DNA of 64,000 bases. It comes from Dictyostelium discoideum. Lineage: Eukaryota. The notes beneath the pieces were generated by a model. It worked only from the letters and a program-made list of their open reading frames with translations. It was not told where the DNA came from and did not search any database. A program made the translations under genes and the position numbers. Below are positions 16,321 to 29,032 of this stretch, piece by piece. Numbering within the stretch: the first letter of the stretch is position 1; every line of letters starts with the position of its first letter. Location: contig CM000150.2 of the NCBI GenBank assembly GCA_000004695.1, positions 4,672,001 to 4,736,000 on the forward strand. The letters run 5' to 3'.

Positions 16321-16375
16321 CAACTGTATTTCTTCTTGCACCAGCCACAATATCGAAAAGTTCAAAAAAACTCAT
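14330..16375 (-). CDS. Multi-pass transmembrane protein of unknown family, 615 aa. Model: complement(join(14330..14622,14704..14798,14916..16375)).
   Basis: The N-terminal ~200 aa are low-complexity (poly-N, G/D-rich). About 10 hydrophobic helices follow (…LTLISILVTVIACVYLTFYIV…, …GLPVALLFSIASAVFTTCG…). Donor GTGAGT lies at 14915 and GTATGT at 14703; acceptors are aatag|ATG (14798) and ttttag|CAAC (14622). The phases are consistent (2→1→0). The track ORF 14330..14602 is the 3' exon. Confidence 0.6.
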
Positions 16376-16400
16376 TTTTTATATTTTTTTTTACAAAAAA

Positions 16401-16441
<41 letters not shown>

Positions 16442-16541
16442 CGGCAAAAAAATTAAAATTAAAAGACGAATCTAAAAATAAATTCTATTTTCAGTTTAAA
16501 AAATTTAAAAATTTAAAATTTATTTTTAGTTTAAAAAAAAA

Positions 16542-16578
<37 letters not shown>

Positions 16579-17326
16579 AATAAGTGTTTATATAAAAAAA
16601 AAAAAATTTTTGTGATATTATTTGTAAAAATAAATTATAATAAAATGAGTGGTGTTGATGGGAATTTACTGAAAATTGTTTTGAAAATAATTTTTGCAGT
16701 ATATCTAAAAAAAAAATTAGGAAAAAAAAAAAAAATTAAAAAAAAAAAAAAAAAAAAAGTAAAAAAGTGACTAGATATTTTTTTTTGGAAATCAAAAAAA
16801 AAGGAAAAATTAAAAAAAAATTAAAAATTGTTGATCATTGATTAATTTTACCGTGAGGAGATTATTTTATCCGTTCTGCAAATAATATTTTTTTTTTTTA
16901 TACAGCAAGCGAATCTTTGAAATTAAAAAGAAAAAAAAACTATAGTATATAACCAAGTACTTTTTCATTTAAAATAATATCTTTTTTTTTTTAATTTTAA
17001 TTTTTTAATTTTTTTTTTTAATTTTTCCTTTTTTTTTTTTTTTTTTTTTGGGCAAAAAAATATCTTTCCAATCATTGATTTATATAAATTATTTTATTGT
17101 TATTTTTATTTTTTTTAATAATTTTTTTTTTTTAACTTTTGCAAATTTGTGAATATCAAATTTTTTGTTTTGGTACTATGACAAATAATATCACAAAATT
17201 TATTATATAAATAAATTAATAAAATAAATTAATATAATATATTATAACATACTTTTATGTAAATATATAATTATTGGGGAAACAAAGAACCAAGAGTTAA
17301 AAAAAAAAAAAAAAAAAAAAAAAAGA

Positions 17327-17366
<40 letters not shown>

Positions 17367-18015
17367 CATGCCAAATCACATTTTATTATTATCGTGTGGC
17401 TTTGGGTTTTTTGTATAAATAAAAAAAAAATATGAAATACACGATTTTGTGCAGGATTGTGGAGCGAATATTAAAAAAAAAAAAAATACCATTTGACACA
17501 AAGAAATTGTTTCTAAAAATATATTTTTTTTTGTTGCTTCCATTTTATTTTCTTTTTTTTTTTTTTATTTTATTTTTAATTTTTTTTTTCATTTTTTTTT
17601 ATTTTTTTTGCTGTTCAAAGTTTGGGGTGCAATTTTCAGTTTTTTTTAGATTTTTGAGTGGAGTCTTAAAGTTTTTTTTTCATTGCAAAAAAAATTTTCA
17701 CTTTTTTATGAATAGAAAATTAATAATAAAAAAAAAAGGTATTTTTATCTTCTTTTAAATTTGTTTAAATCAAAATAAATTTATTTTGTTTATTTTATTT
17801 TTATTTTTATTTTTATTTTTATTTTTATTTTTATTTTTTTTATTTTTATTTTTTTATATAAATATATATATATGCTTATAAAAAAAAAAAAAAATAAAGT
17901 TAAATAAAAAAAAATAATGGAGCCATTATTATAAATAAAAAACATCAAAATAATACTATAAAAGGTAAATATTTTCTGGTTTTTTTTTCAATTTCTAATT
18001 TTTTAATTTTTAATT

Positions 18016-18046
<31 letters not shown>

Positions 18047-18186
18047 GAAATTGTTTTTTTAAATTTAAATTTAATTTTTTTTTCATATATCTCTTTTTTT
18101 TTTATTAATCTTATTTAATATTTATTATTATTATTTTTTTTGTTTAAGTAACAAAAAAAAAAAAAAAAAAAAAAAAAGTATTTAGA

Positions 18187-18444
18187 ATGACACAAAACAT
18201 AAAAGAAAAGAATACTCACAATCACCATTATCAGTAATCAATATATAGAAGATACTCAATTAATTAGAGCTTTACAAAGAGTATTACCAGCTAAAATTCT
18301 CAAAGAGATTGAAGGTGATTTAACACAATTTGGTGAACGTGTTGTTAAGGATATTTTAGAATTAGGTAGAGCTTCTGAAAATAATCCACCAAAATTAATT
18401 CAATATGATGCATGGGGAAAGTAAGTTTTTCATTTATTTCTTTA

Positions 18445-18481
<37 letters not shown>

Positions 18482-19199
18482 TAATAATAAAAAATATTAA
18501 AAAAAAATTAAATAGGAGAATTGATAAAATTGTAGTTGATGAATCATGGAATAAATTAAAAGATATTGGATGCTCAGAAGGATTAGTATCAATTGGATAT
18601 GAAAGAAAATATCAAGAATATAGTAGAATTTATCAATATATAAAGATTTATTTATTTGCATGTTCATCAGCAGTATTTGATTGTCCAATGTCAATGACTG
18701 ATGGTGCAGCACGTTTAATTGAATTGTATGGTGATAAAGGAATGAAGGAGGATGAATATAAACATGAAGGTCAATGGATGACAGAGAAAACTGGTGGATC
18801 TGATGTTTCAAAATCTGAGACCATTGCTGTTAGCAGTGGTAGTGGTGATGGTAAAACATGCAATCTTAGTGGTTACAAGTTATGAATGGCGATATGGAAT
18901 ACGCAGAATCTAATTCACGTAGATTCGCTTATTTAATGGCTCAAACTTATATGGCATCGCTTTTATTAGAACATGCAGTTTGGTCAAAGGATGAATTGGA
19001 TGCTCAGGTCGCTGAAAGATGGTGTTTTGTTAAACTTGAAAATGGAAAAACTAATAAAAACTCTACAATTTCATTCACTGATGTTGATGAAAAATGGAGA
19101 GAATTAGACATTAAATTAGCTTTGGATTTAAATGAACATGGTCAACCAAAATTAGGTACCTATGATATTAATTCAACAAAATTAAGATCAAAATATTAA
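18187..19199 (+). pseudogene. Decayed copy of the AidB-like acyl-CoA dehydrogenase gene
   Basis: Exon 1 has a 34-bp deletion relative to 21545-21578, so it reads MTQNIKEKNTHNHHYQ* and stops. The same GTAAGT intron is present. Exon 2 has a 33-bp in-frame deletion at 18767. An ~905-bp internal deletion is flanked by (c)aagt microhomology (18868-18872 vs 22268-22272 and 23172-23176). The 3' end and 3' flank are near-identical to copy B. Confidence 0.85.
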
Positions 19200-19261
19200 T
19201 AAAACAATAAAATGTTGTATAAAGAAATTAAAAAAAAAAAAAAAAGATCCTTTTTAAATAA

Positions 19262-19295
<34 letters not shown>

Positions 19296-19304
19296 TATTT
19301 TTTT

Positions 19305-19592
19305 TTTATAAAAACTTTTGTTTAATAAACTTTATTATTAAATATTTAAGTATTTAATTTGATTAAATTTAATCATGAGTAATTTAATTTTACTCTTATA
19401 GTTTAAATTTTAATTTCTCTTGTTAGTTTTGAAGACCATGGGCACCAGAAGCAACTATCGAATTATTTATTTTTTATATATTTTTATTTTTTTTATTTTT
19501 TATTTTAAAAAAAAAAATTAGTAAATTAATCGAATTGTATTTTTCAAAATTTTATTTAATTAAATACATACCCTGGGAGGAAAGCTATTATT

Positions 19593-19600
<8 letters not shown>
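19305..19600 (+). repeat. Conserved ~270-bp element, copy 1 (in unit A)
   Basis: The sequence ctttattattaaatatttaagtatttaatttgattaaatttaatcatgagtaatttaatt…gttttgaagaccatgggcaccagaagcaactatcgaatta…aaatacataccctgggaggaaagctatt is about 90% identical to 23640..23910 and 43975..44232. Confidence 0.8.
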
Positions 19601-19658
<58 letters not shown>

Positions 19659-20188
19659 TATTAGTTTTAAATAAAAAGTTTAAATTTTATATGTTATAAT
19701 ACTCACCACCACAGGCCTCATCAAGGTGATCTTCTACATAAATAGTTGAAGCATCACAAACTTCAATAGCCATGGAAAAAAATGTGATTGTATCTGGGTC
19801 AAGAATAAAGGAATACTCTATAAGTGATGAAATGAAATTAATAAAATAATTATAAAATAATAATTAAAAGTCAATAGAATATTTACTTGGATTATAGCTT
19901 TCAGGTCTCTTTCTAATTCTACCCATTACATGAACTTCATTGGTTTCCTCTATTTTAAAAATTAAATAAAAATATTGTTAACAATATGAATGTTTTTTTG
20001 TTAAAAATAATATAAAACTTACTTCCAGACAAAATATCTCTGGCTTTTTTAATTTTTTCTGAATCTGTTAATTTGAAAATAAAATCATTATGGTCACCAT
20101 GGGTTTTTAAACCAAAATAGGCTGTTTCAGATTGTACCAATACTGAAAATATTAAAAGAAGAGATAATAAAACAAATAATAATTTCAT
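19556..20188 (-). CDS. Small secreted protein, paralog A (~122 aa). Model: complement(join(19556..19584,19707..19817,19887..19949,20023..20188)).
   Basis: Exon 1 reads [55 protein letters not shown] (signal peptide plus mature start) and ends at GTAAGT. Exon 2 reads [20 protein letters not shown] and ends at GTAAAT. Exon 3 reads …[37 protein letters not shown] and ends at GTGAGT. The short last exon (AFLPGYVFN*) lies inside the 270-bp conserved repeat; the alternative acceptor cccag|GG gives GYVFN*. All phases are 1. Confidence 0.65.
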
Positions 20189-20486
20189 TTTTTAATTGAG
20201 TTTTTAATTTGTTGTTTATAATTGAATTTGAATTTTAATTTGATAATGAAATAATTTAATTTTCAATTGTTTAAATACTTTTGGAAAAAAAAGAATAATA
20301 ATAATAATTATAATTAATATTAATTATTAATTAAAAAAAAAAAAAAAATAATAATATTAATTATTATTATTAATAAAAAATAATTTCCAAACTTCTAGGA
20401 TGATAAAAACGTAAAATAATTTTAACCCACACTTGCGAGATAATTACTCCAAAACTTGTAATTTTATCCAATTGGGTGTGTTATTA

Positions 20487-20557
<71 letters not shown>

Positions 20558-21372
20558 TTTTATTTGTTTTATTTTTCTTTTTTTTTTTCATAATAAAAAA
20601 ATCTTCACGCAAAAAACACCACACATCCAATTAAAAAAAAAAAAAAAAAATCTTTCTGTGAAGATTTAATAAATCTAATTATTATAATTTAATGACAAAA
20701 AAAAAAGGATAATTATATAATTAAATTGAAATTTCTTTGAATTTTTTATAGTGAAAATTATATATTATTAATTTTTTTTTTTTTGAAAAAAAAAGAAGTT
20801 CTTAAAAATAAAATTGATGACTTTTTTTTGAAAATCTTGTTTTGATGATTAGGGGAAAATATCTAAAAAAATCAAAAAAAAAAAAAAAAAAAAAAAAAGT
20901 TTTATTAAAAAAAAAACAAAAAAAAACAAAAAAAAAAAGTATTTTTGTCTTCTTTTAATTTGTTCAAATCAAAATAAATTTATTTTGTTTATTTTATTTT
21001 ATTTTTATTTATTTTTTATTTGATTTTATTTTTTTTATATAAATATAATTATTTTTTTTTTTTTTTTAATAAGCATATAAAGTTAAATAAAAAAAATAAT
21101 GGAGACATTATTATAAATAAAAACATCAAAAGAATACTATAGAAGGAAAATATTTTCTGGTTTGAAATTTCAATATTTTATTTTTTAATTTTTATTATTT
21201 TCCAAAAAAAAATTACGTTTTGATGATTTTTTTTTTATTACCATCTTTCTGTTTAGGATTAATAAATTAAGGAAAATATGTCGCTATTTTTTTTTTCAAT
21301 TTCTAATTTTTTAATTTTTAATTTATTTTATTTTTTTTTTTTTTTTTTTTAAAAATTTTTTTTTTTAAATTT

Positions 21373-21406
<34 letters not shown>

Positions 21407-21513
21407 CTTTTTTCATATATCTCTTTTTTTTTATTAATCTTATTTAATATTTATTATTATTATTTTTTTTGTTTAAGAAACAAAAAAAAAAAAAAAAAAA
21501 AAAAGTATTAAGA

Positions 21514-21806
21514 ATGGCCCAAAACATAAAAGAAAAGAATACTCAAACTGGTTATTCTGGTAGAGAGTATTTCCAACAACAATCACCATTATTAGGTAAT
21601 CAATATATAGAAGATACTCAATTAATTAGAGCTTTACAAAGAGTATTACCAGCTAAAATTCTCAAAGAGATTGAAGGTGATTTAACACAATTTGGTGAAC
21701 GTGTTGTTAAGGATATTTTAGAATTAGGTAGAGCTTCTGAAAATAATCCACCAAAATTAATTCAATATGATGCATGGGGAAAGTAAGTTTTTCATTTATT
21801 TCTTTA

Positions 21807-21840
<34 letters not shown>

Positions 21841-23492
21841 TAATAATAAAAAATATTAAAAAAAAATTAAATAGGAGAATTGATAAAATTGTAGTTGATG
21901 AATCATGGAATAAATTAAAAGATATTGGATGTTCAGAAGGATTAGTATCAATTGGATATGAAAGAAAATATCAAGAATATAGTAGAATTTATCAATATAT
22001 AAAGATTTATTTATTTGCATGTTCATCAGCAGTATTTGATTGTCCAATGTCAATGACTGATGGTGCAGCACGTTTAATTGAATTGTATGGTGATAAAGGA
22101 ATGAAGGAGGATGAATATAAACATTTCATATCACGTGATCCAAAGACATTTTGGACAAGTGGTCAATGGATGACAGAGAAAACTGGTGGATCTGATGTTT
22201 CAAAATCTGAGACCATTGCAGTTAGCAGTGGTAGTGGTGATGGTAAAACATGCAATCTTAGTGGTTACAAGTATTTCACATCAGCAACTACCTCAGAGGG
22301 TGCAATGGTATTGGCAAGAGATGTTGACGATGCAAAAACCATGAAAGGTGCAGTTGAGGGATCCAGAGGTTTATCAGTTTACTTTATAAAATTAAGAAAA
22401 CCAAATGGTGAACTCGATCGTATTCAAGTTCACAAGTTAAAGAATAAATTTGGAACAAAAGCAGTACCAACCGCAGAACTTGAGTTAATGGGTACACCAG
22501 CAGTTAGAGTTGGACCAAAAGGTAGAGGTGTACCAGTGATTGCCTCCATATTAAATATCACTAGAATTCATAATGTAATCCATTCAGCAGCCACAATGAG
22601 AAGATGTGTTGCAATTGTAAGAGATTTCGCTCATCGTCGTACTGTATTTGGTAAATTATTAAAAGATAACTTATTATATCTTTCAACATTGGCAGAGATG
22701 GAATTAGAATTTAGAGCTAGTTTACATTTACTTTTGGATGTTACCTTATTGTTGGGTAAGAGTGAACGTATTGTTGAAAAACAATCATCAAATAGTGAAG
22801 AACAAAAACAAATTGACCTCCTATTACGTATTGTTACACCACTTTCAAAATTGTATACTGCAAAACAAAGTGTTACAGTCGCATCAGAGGCTATTGAAGC
22901 ATTGGGTGGCACTGGTTATATGGAAGATTCCGATATGCCACGTCTATTTAGAGACACTCAAGTAACATCGATTTGGGAAGGTACAACCAACGTTTTATCA
23001 ATGGATATTTGGAGAACCTTAAAAGAACCATTAACAATTAAATTCTATTTCCAATCAATTGAAAATCGTTTAATTCAAGCAAATAAATTATTAAATAATG
23101 ATAACAATATTCAAAAAGTTATTTCAGTAATTAGAGAAGCAATGAAAACTATTCGTTCAGTTATTGATAAAGTTATGAATGGTGATATGGAATACGCAGA
23201 ATCTAATTCACGTAGATTCGCTTATTTAATGGCACAAACTTATATGGCATCGCTTTTATTAGAACATGCAGTTTGGTCAAAGGATGAATTGGATGCTCAG
23301 GTCGCTGAAAGATGGTGTTTTGTTAAACTTGAAAATGGAAAAACTAATAAAAACTCTACAATTTCATTCACTGATGTTGATGAAAAATGGAGAGAATTAG
23401 ACATTAAATTAGCTTTGGATTTAAATGAACATGGTCAACCAAAATTAGGTACCTATGATATTAATTCAACAAAATTAAGATCAAAATATTAA
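21514..23492 (+). CDS. Acyl-CoA dehydrogenase family protein, AidB-like; join(21514..21782,21875..23492), 628 aa
   Basis: Exon 1 reads MAQNIKEKNTQTGYSGREYFQQQSPLLGNQYIED…IQYDAWGK, with donor GTAAGT at 21783 and acceptor aaatag at 21874 (phase 2). Exon 2 carries …WTSGQWMTEKTGGSDVS… (the AidB-type GMTEK.GGSDV motif), …ELMGTPAVRVG…, …ALGGTGYMEDSDMPRLFRDTQVTSIWEGTTNV… (the ACAD C-terminal helical domain), and a C-terminal extension. The track ORF 21469..21786 starts at a non-ATG codon. Confidence 0.8.
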
Positions 23493-23555
23493 TAAAACAA
23501 TAAAATGTTGTATAAAGAAATTAAAAAAAAAAAAAAAAAGATCCTTTTTAAATAA

Positions 23556-23616
<61 letters not shown>

Positions 23617-23639
23617 TATTTTTTTTTTATAAAAACTTT

Positions 23640-23905
23640 TGTTTAATAAACTTTATTATTAAATATTTAAGTATTTAATTTGATTAAATTTAATCATGAG
23701 TAATTTAATTTTACTCTTATAGTTTAAACTTTAATTTCTCTTGTTAATTTTGAAGACCATGGGCACCAGAAGCAACTATCGAATTATTTATTTTTTATAT
23801 ATTTTTATTTTTTATTTTAAAAAAAAAAAATTAGTAAATTAATCGAATTGTATTTTTCAAAATTTTATTTAATTAAATACATACCCTGGGAGGAAAGCTA
23901 TTATT

Positions 23906-23910
<5 letters not shown>
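23640..23910 (+). repeat. Conserved ~270-bp element, copy 2 (in unit B)
   Basis: Collinear with 19305..19600. Confidence 0.8.
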
Positions 23911-24004
<94 letters not shown>

Positions 24005-24533
24005 TATTAGTTTTTAATAAAAAGTTTAAATTTTATATGTTATAATACTCACCACCACAGGCCTCATCAAGGTGATCTTCTACATAAATAGTTGAAGCAT
24101 CACAAACTTCAATAGCCATGGCAAAAAATGTGATTGTATCTGGGTCAAGAATAAAGGAAAACTCTATAAGTGATGAAATGAAATTAATAAATAATTATAA
24201 AATAATAATTAAAAGTCAATAGAATATTTACTTGGATTATAGCTTTCAGGTCTCTTTTTAATTCTACCCATTACATGAACTTCATTGCTTTCCTCTATTT
24301 TAAAAATTAAATAAAAATATTGTTAACAATATGAATGTTTTTTTGTTAAAAATAATATATAACTTACTTCCAGACAAAATATCTCTGGCCATTTGAATTT
24401 TTTTGGAATCTGTTAATTTGAAAATAAAATCATTATGGTCACCATGGGTTTTTAAACCAAAATAGGCTGTTTCAGATTGTACCAATACTGAAAATATTAA
24501 AAGAAGAGATAATAAAACAAATAACAATTTCAT
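23870..24533 (-). CDS. Small secreted protein, paralog B (duplicate of A within unit B)
   Basis: Exon 1 reads [55 protein letters not shown]; it differs from A at 3 residues. The exon structure is the same as A by collinearity. Coordinates are approximate. Confidence 0.6.
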
Positions 24534-24975
24534 TTTTTAATGGAGTTTTTAATTTGTTGTTTATAATTGAATTTTAATTTTAATTTGATAATGAAATAAT
24601 TTTATTTTCAATTGTTTAAATACTTTTGGAAAAAAAAATAATAATAATAATTATAATTAATATTAATTATTAATTAAAAAAAAAAAAAAAAATAATAATA
24701 TTAATTATTATTATTAATAAAAAAAATATTTTCCAAATTGCTAGGATGATAAAAACGTAAAATAATTTTAACCCACACTTGCGAGATAATTACTCCAAAA
24801 CTTGTAATTTTATCCAATTGGATGTGTTATTATTTTTATTATTATTATTATTATTATTAATAAAAAAAATAATTTCCAAACTGTTGGGATGATAAAAACC
24901 TAAAATAATTTTAACCCACACTTACGAGATAATTACTCCAAAACTTGTAATTTTATCCAATTGGGTGTGTTATTA

Positions 24976-25006
<31 letters not shown>

Positions 25007-25434
25007 TTTTATTTGTTTTATTTTTTTTTTTTTTTTTTTCATAATAAAAAAATCTTCACACAAAAAACACCACACATCCAATTAAAAAAAAAAAAAAAAT
25101 CTTTCTGTGAAGATTTAATAAATCTAATTATTATAATTTAATGACAAAAAAAAAGGATAATTAAATAATTAAATTGAAATTTCTTTGAATTTTTTAAAGT
25201 GAAAATTATATGTTATTAATTTTTTTTTTTTTTTTTGAAAAAAAAAGAAGTTCTTAAAAATAAAATTGATGACTTTTTTTTGAAAATCTTGTTTTGATGA
25301 TGATTAGGGGAAAATATCTAAAAAAAATCAAAAAAAAAAAAAAAAAAAAAAAAAGTTTTATTAAAAAAAAAACAAAAAAACAAAAAAAAAAAAAAAAACC
25401 CTCAAACTCAATTTCCAAAGCAAAATCTTAAACA

Positions 25435-27014
25435 ATGACTAGTTTAACATTATATTTGATTATATTTTCAATTATCTTATATTTGTTTGTAAATGTAATT
25501 TTTTATTTTTTTTTTTTTATTTTTTTTTTCAAAAATTGATTTATCTTTATCTTAAAACTAATTTTTTTTTTATTTATTTTAAATTAATTAACTAGAGAAA
25601 TAAAAGAAAAAATTTAAAAATTCCAGGACCTAATGGAATTCCAATTTTCGGTAATTTATTATCTTTAAGTGGTGAAATGCATTTAACACTACAAGAATGG
25701 TATAAAACTTATGGATCTGTATTTTCCATTAGAATGGGTAATATTGATACAGTGGTTTTAACTGAATATCCAACTATTAGAAAAGCATTTGTTGATAATT
25801 CATTAGCATTTGCAAGTAGATATCAATTGAAAAGTAGAGTTGTATTAACTGGTGCTAAAGATCTTGCTATTCAAAATGGTGAAATTCATTCATTATTGAA
25901 AAAAGTAGTTTTATCAGAAATGACTACAACCAAAATCAAAAGAATGGAAATTCATATAATTAAAGAAACTGAAAAAATTTTAAAAATTTTAGATAAACAT
26001 GCTGAACGAGGTGAACCATTTATAATTAATAATTATTTAAATATGTTTTCAATGAATGTTATACTTCGATTTTTATTAGGTATTGATTATCCATATGAAA
26101 ATGTTGATGAAACAGTTGGATATGTTAAAAGCATTAAAAGTTTCTTTGCAGTTGCTGGTCTCCCAATTCTATCAGACTTTATTCCTATCCCATTGAAAAA
26201 ATCTGGTGTTTTCTTTGACTCTTATAAAGAATTAGAAATTGAAACTGATAAATTAATTGAAAAATTTAAAAAATCTAGAAATGAGAAAATTGAAAATGGA
26301 ACATACAATGAAGAAGAAGATGAATCAATTCTATCAAAATTATTAAAAGAATATGAACATGGTAATATCACATGGGAATGTGTTTCACATACATGTATTG
26401 ATATAATTTCCGCTGGTACTGATACTTCTGCAAATACATTGGTTATGGCATTGATTGAATTAATAAATAATCAAGAAATTCAATCTAAAGCTTTTTCAAG
26501 TATTAGATCATCATGTTTAAATGATTCAAATGATGATGATGATGATGATGAAATTGTAATCACTCATAGTAAATATCGTTCATTATTACCTTACATTTCA
26601 ATGATAATTAAAGAAACATTTAGAAAACATCCAATTGCTTTACTTGGTTTACCACATGTTACAACTGAAGATGTTGAAATTGATGGATATAAAATTGAAG
26701 CTGGTACATATATCATTCAAAATATTTTCTCAAGTCATAGAAGTGATAAAATTTTCCAATCACCAAATGAATTCATTCCAGAAAGATTCTTTGAATCATC
26801 TCAAAATCAAGGTTTAATTCATTTTGGTTTAGGTGTTAGAGACTGTGTTGGAAAGTCATTAGCAGAGTGTGAAATTTTCACATTAATTGCAACCTTATTA
26901 AATAGATATCAATTTATTAATCCAAATAATTCAAAAAAATTAAATGATATTGGTACATTTGGTTTGGCTCAAGTTTGTCCAGATACTAATATTATTTTAA
27001 AAAAAAGAATTTAA
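25435..27014 (+). CDS. Cytochrome P450. Exon 1 ~25435..25485 (membrane anchor), exon 2 ~25575/25627..27014.
   Basis: Exon 1 reads MTSLTLYLIIFSIILYLFVN and is followed by GT donors (gtttgt/gtaaat/gtaatt). Exon 2 reads …KNLKIPGPNGIPIFGNLLSL… (the P450 proline hinge). Further downstream are …AGTDTSANTLVMALIEL… (I-helix AGxDTT), ETFRKHP (ExxR) and FGLGVRDCVGKSLAECE (heme-binding FxxGxRxCxG). An in-frame TAA just upstream of 25600 bounds exon 2. The exact exon 1/2 junction and phase are not resolved. Confidence 0.85.
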
Positions 27015-27500
27015 AATAAAAATAAAATAAAATTAAAAAATTAAAAAATAAAGAAATATTAAATTAAAATAAAAAAAATAAAAAAATTAATTAATTGGTA
27101 CTAGATATTTATTATTGTCGATATTAATTAATTTTTTTTTTTTTTTTTTTCTTTATTAATAAAATAAAAATATCCTGGTTATTTTTTTTTTTTTTTTTTT
27201 TATATGAACAAATTTCATGATTTTATTTTAAAAAAAAAAAAATTATTAATAACTCACATCGGTAATGAAATCAAAAATCAAAAAGGTTACAAATTATAAA
27301 ATGCAGGGTAAGATTTTAAAATTACAATAAAAAATGATGAATGATGGTGAAACACGACAAGATATTTTCAAGTCAAATTATTTTTTATTTTTTTTTTTTT
27401 TTTTTAAATTTTTTTTTTTTTGCGAGTTTATTCGTGTTTTTTTGTTTTTTTTTTTTTTTTTTTTTTTTTTTAATCAATTGATTAAATAATAATAATAAAA

Positions 27501-28297
27501 ATGGATTATTTTAAAACATTAGAAATTAATAATTTTAATGATTATTTAAATCATTTGATTCAAGGTAATAAAGTTGTAATTGGTACAAGTATCCTTGGTT
27601 TGGTAATTGCAATTTTCATTTTCATTAAAATCAAGTTAATGAGATGTATTGAATTGGATACCAAAATATTACATGAATGCACTAAAAAAGGTGTTGGTTT
27701 ACCAATTGATGAGGCCTTTGAAGCTATCCATAAAGAATTAATTAAACACTATCCACAATTCATTACTGCTAAACGTAATTGGTTATTATTTAATGGTGGT
27801 GGTGCTATGGTAAATATAAATAACTATTTAAAAAAAAAAAAAAAAAATTAGTAATCAATCAATAAATAAATTAATAAATAAATAAATATATATATATTTT
27901 TTAGGGTCAAATGTGTGTATTACATGCATCATTATCAGAGTATCTTATTTTCTATGGTACTCCATTATACAGTCAAGGTCATAGTGGTCGTTATTTAATG
28001 GATGTTTATGATTTTATGATTCAAGGTACTACTAAACAATTCTTCCCAGGTAAATTCCAATCAATTGATTTCCCAGCTGGTAAATTCTCTTATTTACCAA
28101 TGATGGTTGCAAAAGGTTACTGTTGTGAACCAAATTCATGGATGTTGGAATATGGTCGTGGTGTTATCCCATTGGCTTTACCATACTTTTTATTCTCTTC
28201 AATCTTTGTTACTCTTGATATCGTTCCTTGGATTTCTGCTGTATTTTATGTTGGTAGAGAAGTTACAAAGAATTTATTAATTAGAAGAAAGATTTAA
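27501..28297 (+). CDS. Sigma-1 receptor / ERG2 (C-8 sterol isomerase) family protein; join(27501..27818,27905..28297), 237 aa
   Basis: Exon 1 has an N-terminal TM (VVIGTSILGLVIAIFIFIKI) and ends …FNGGGAM|gtaaat. Exon 2 reads GQMCVLHASLSEYLIFYGTPLYSQGHSGRY…SWMLEYGRGVIPLALPY…. It aligns with the human sigma-1 receptor motifs LLLHASLSEYVLLFGTA…GHSGRY…WMVEYGRG. Confidence 0.85.
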
Positions 28298-28391
28298 AAA
28301 ATACCACCTAAAATCTCTATATTGAGATTTATCCATTTTTTTTTTTTTTTTTTTTCAAAAAATAATTACAAATTATTTTATCGATCAATTT

Positions 28392-28428
<37 letters not shown>

Positions 28429-28482
28429 AATTAGAATTGATTCAAATAAATATTTTTAAAAAATTATTCAATATTACCCGTA

Positions 28483-28538
<56 letters not shown>

Positions 28539-29032
28539 ATTAATTATTAATTATTATTAATTATTAATTATTATTTTTTTTTTTTTTTACCCACAAAATC
28601 CAATCAAAAAAAAATAAAAAAAAAAATTAAAAAATAAAAAAAAAAAAAAGTTTTATAAATATAATAATATAATAATATTTGATAAATAATTTATTATATT
28701 TATTTCCTTTATTTTATTTATTGTTTTTTTTTTTTTTTTTAATTTTTTTTTTTTTTTTTTTTTATATTTTTTTTTATAATATTCTTTTATTTATTTTTCA
28801 GAGTAGAAAAATTAAAATTAATTTGAAAATTATAAAAAAAATGAAATTCCTTTTTTATTTTTTTTATTTTTTTTTTTTTTTTTTTTTTTTTCATTTTTTA
28901 TTTTTTAATTTTTTTATTTTTAATTTATTTTTTTATTTTCAACAACACACAAACTCATAAACAATTACAACTATAGGGGTTTAATATTACAATACCAATA
29001 GCATATATATAATTTTAAAATAAATAAAACTA

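Larger units (their letters stand above)
17745..20934. repeat. Tandem segmental duplication, unit A (degenerate copy of unit B)
   Basis: Sequence from 17745 (ggtatttttatcttcttttaaatttgtt…) to 20934 is collinear with 20935..25380 at about 95-99% identity. Indels include a ~130-bp segment present only in B (21160-21290) and deletions of 34 bp, 33 bp and ~905 bp within the dehydrogenase gene in A. B also has one extra ~115-bp tandem sub-unit. Confidence 0.9.
20935..25380. repeat. Tandem segmental duplication, unit B (carries the intact gene copies)
   Basis: See unit A. The A/B junction at 20934/20935 recreates the unit start tatttttgtcttcttttaatttgtt. B ends in …ggggaaaatatctaaaaaaaatcaaaaaaaa… as A does. 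Confidence 0.9.

Noticed and set aside
18497-22071. ORFs 18497..18811 and 21856..22071 on the minus strand
   Set aside because: They lie antisense to exon 2 and the intron of the acyl-CoA dehydrogenase copies, are Leu/Ile/Gln-rich and low-complexity, and are duplicated only because the segment is duplicated.
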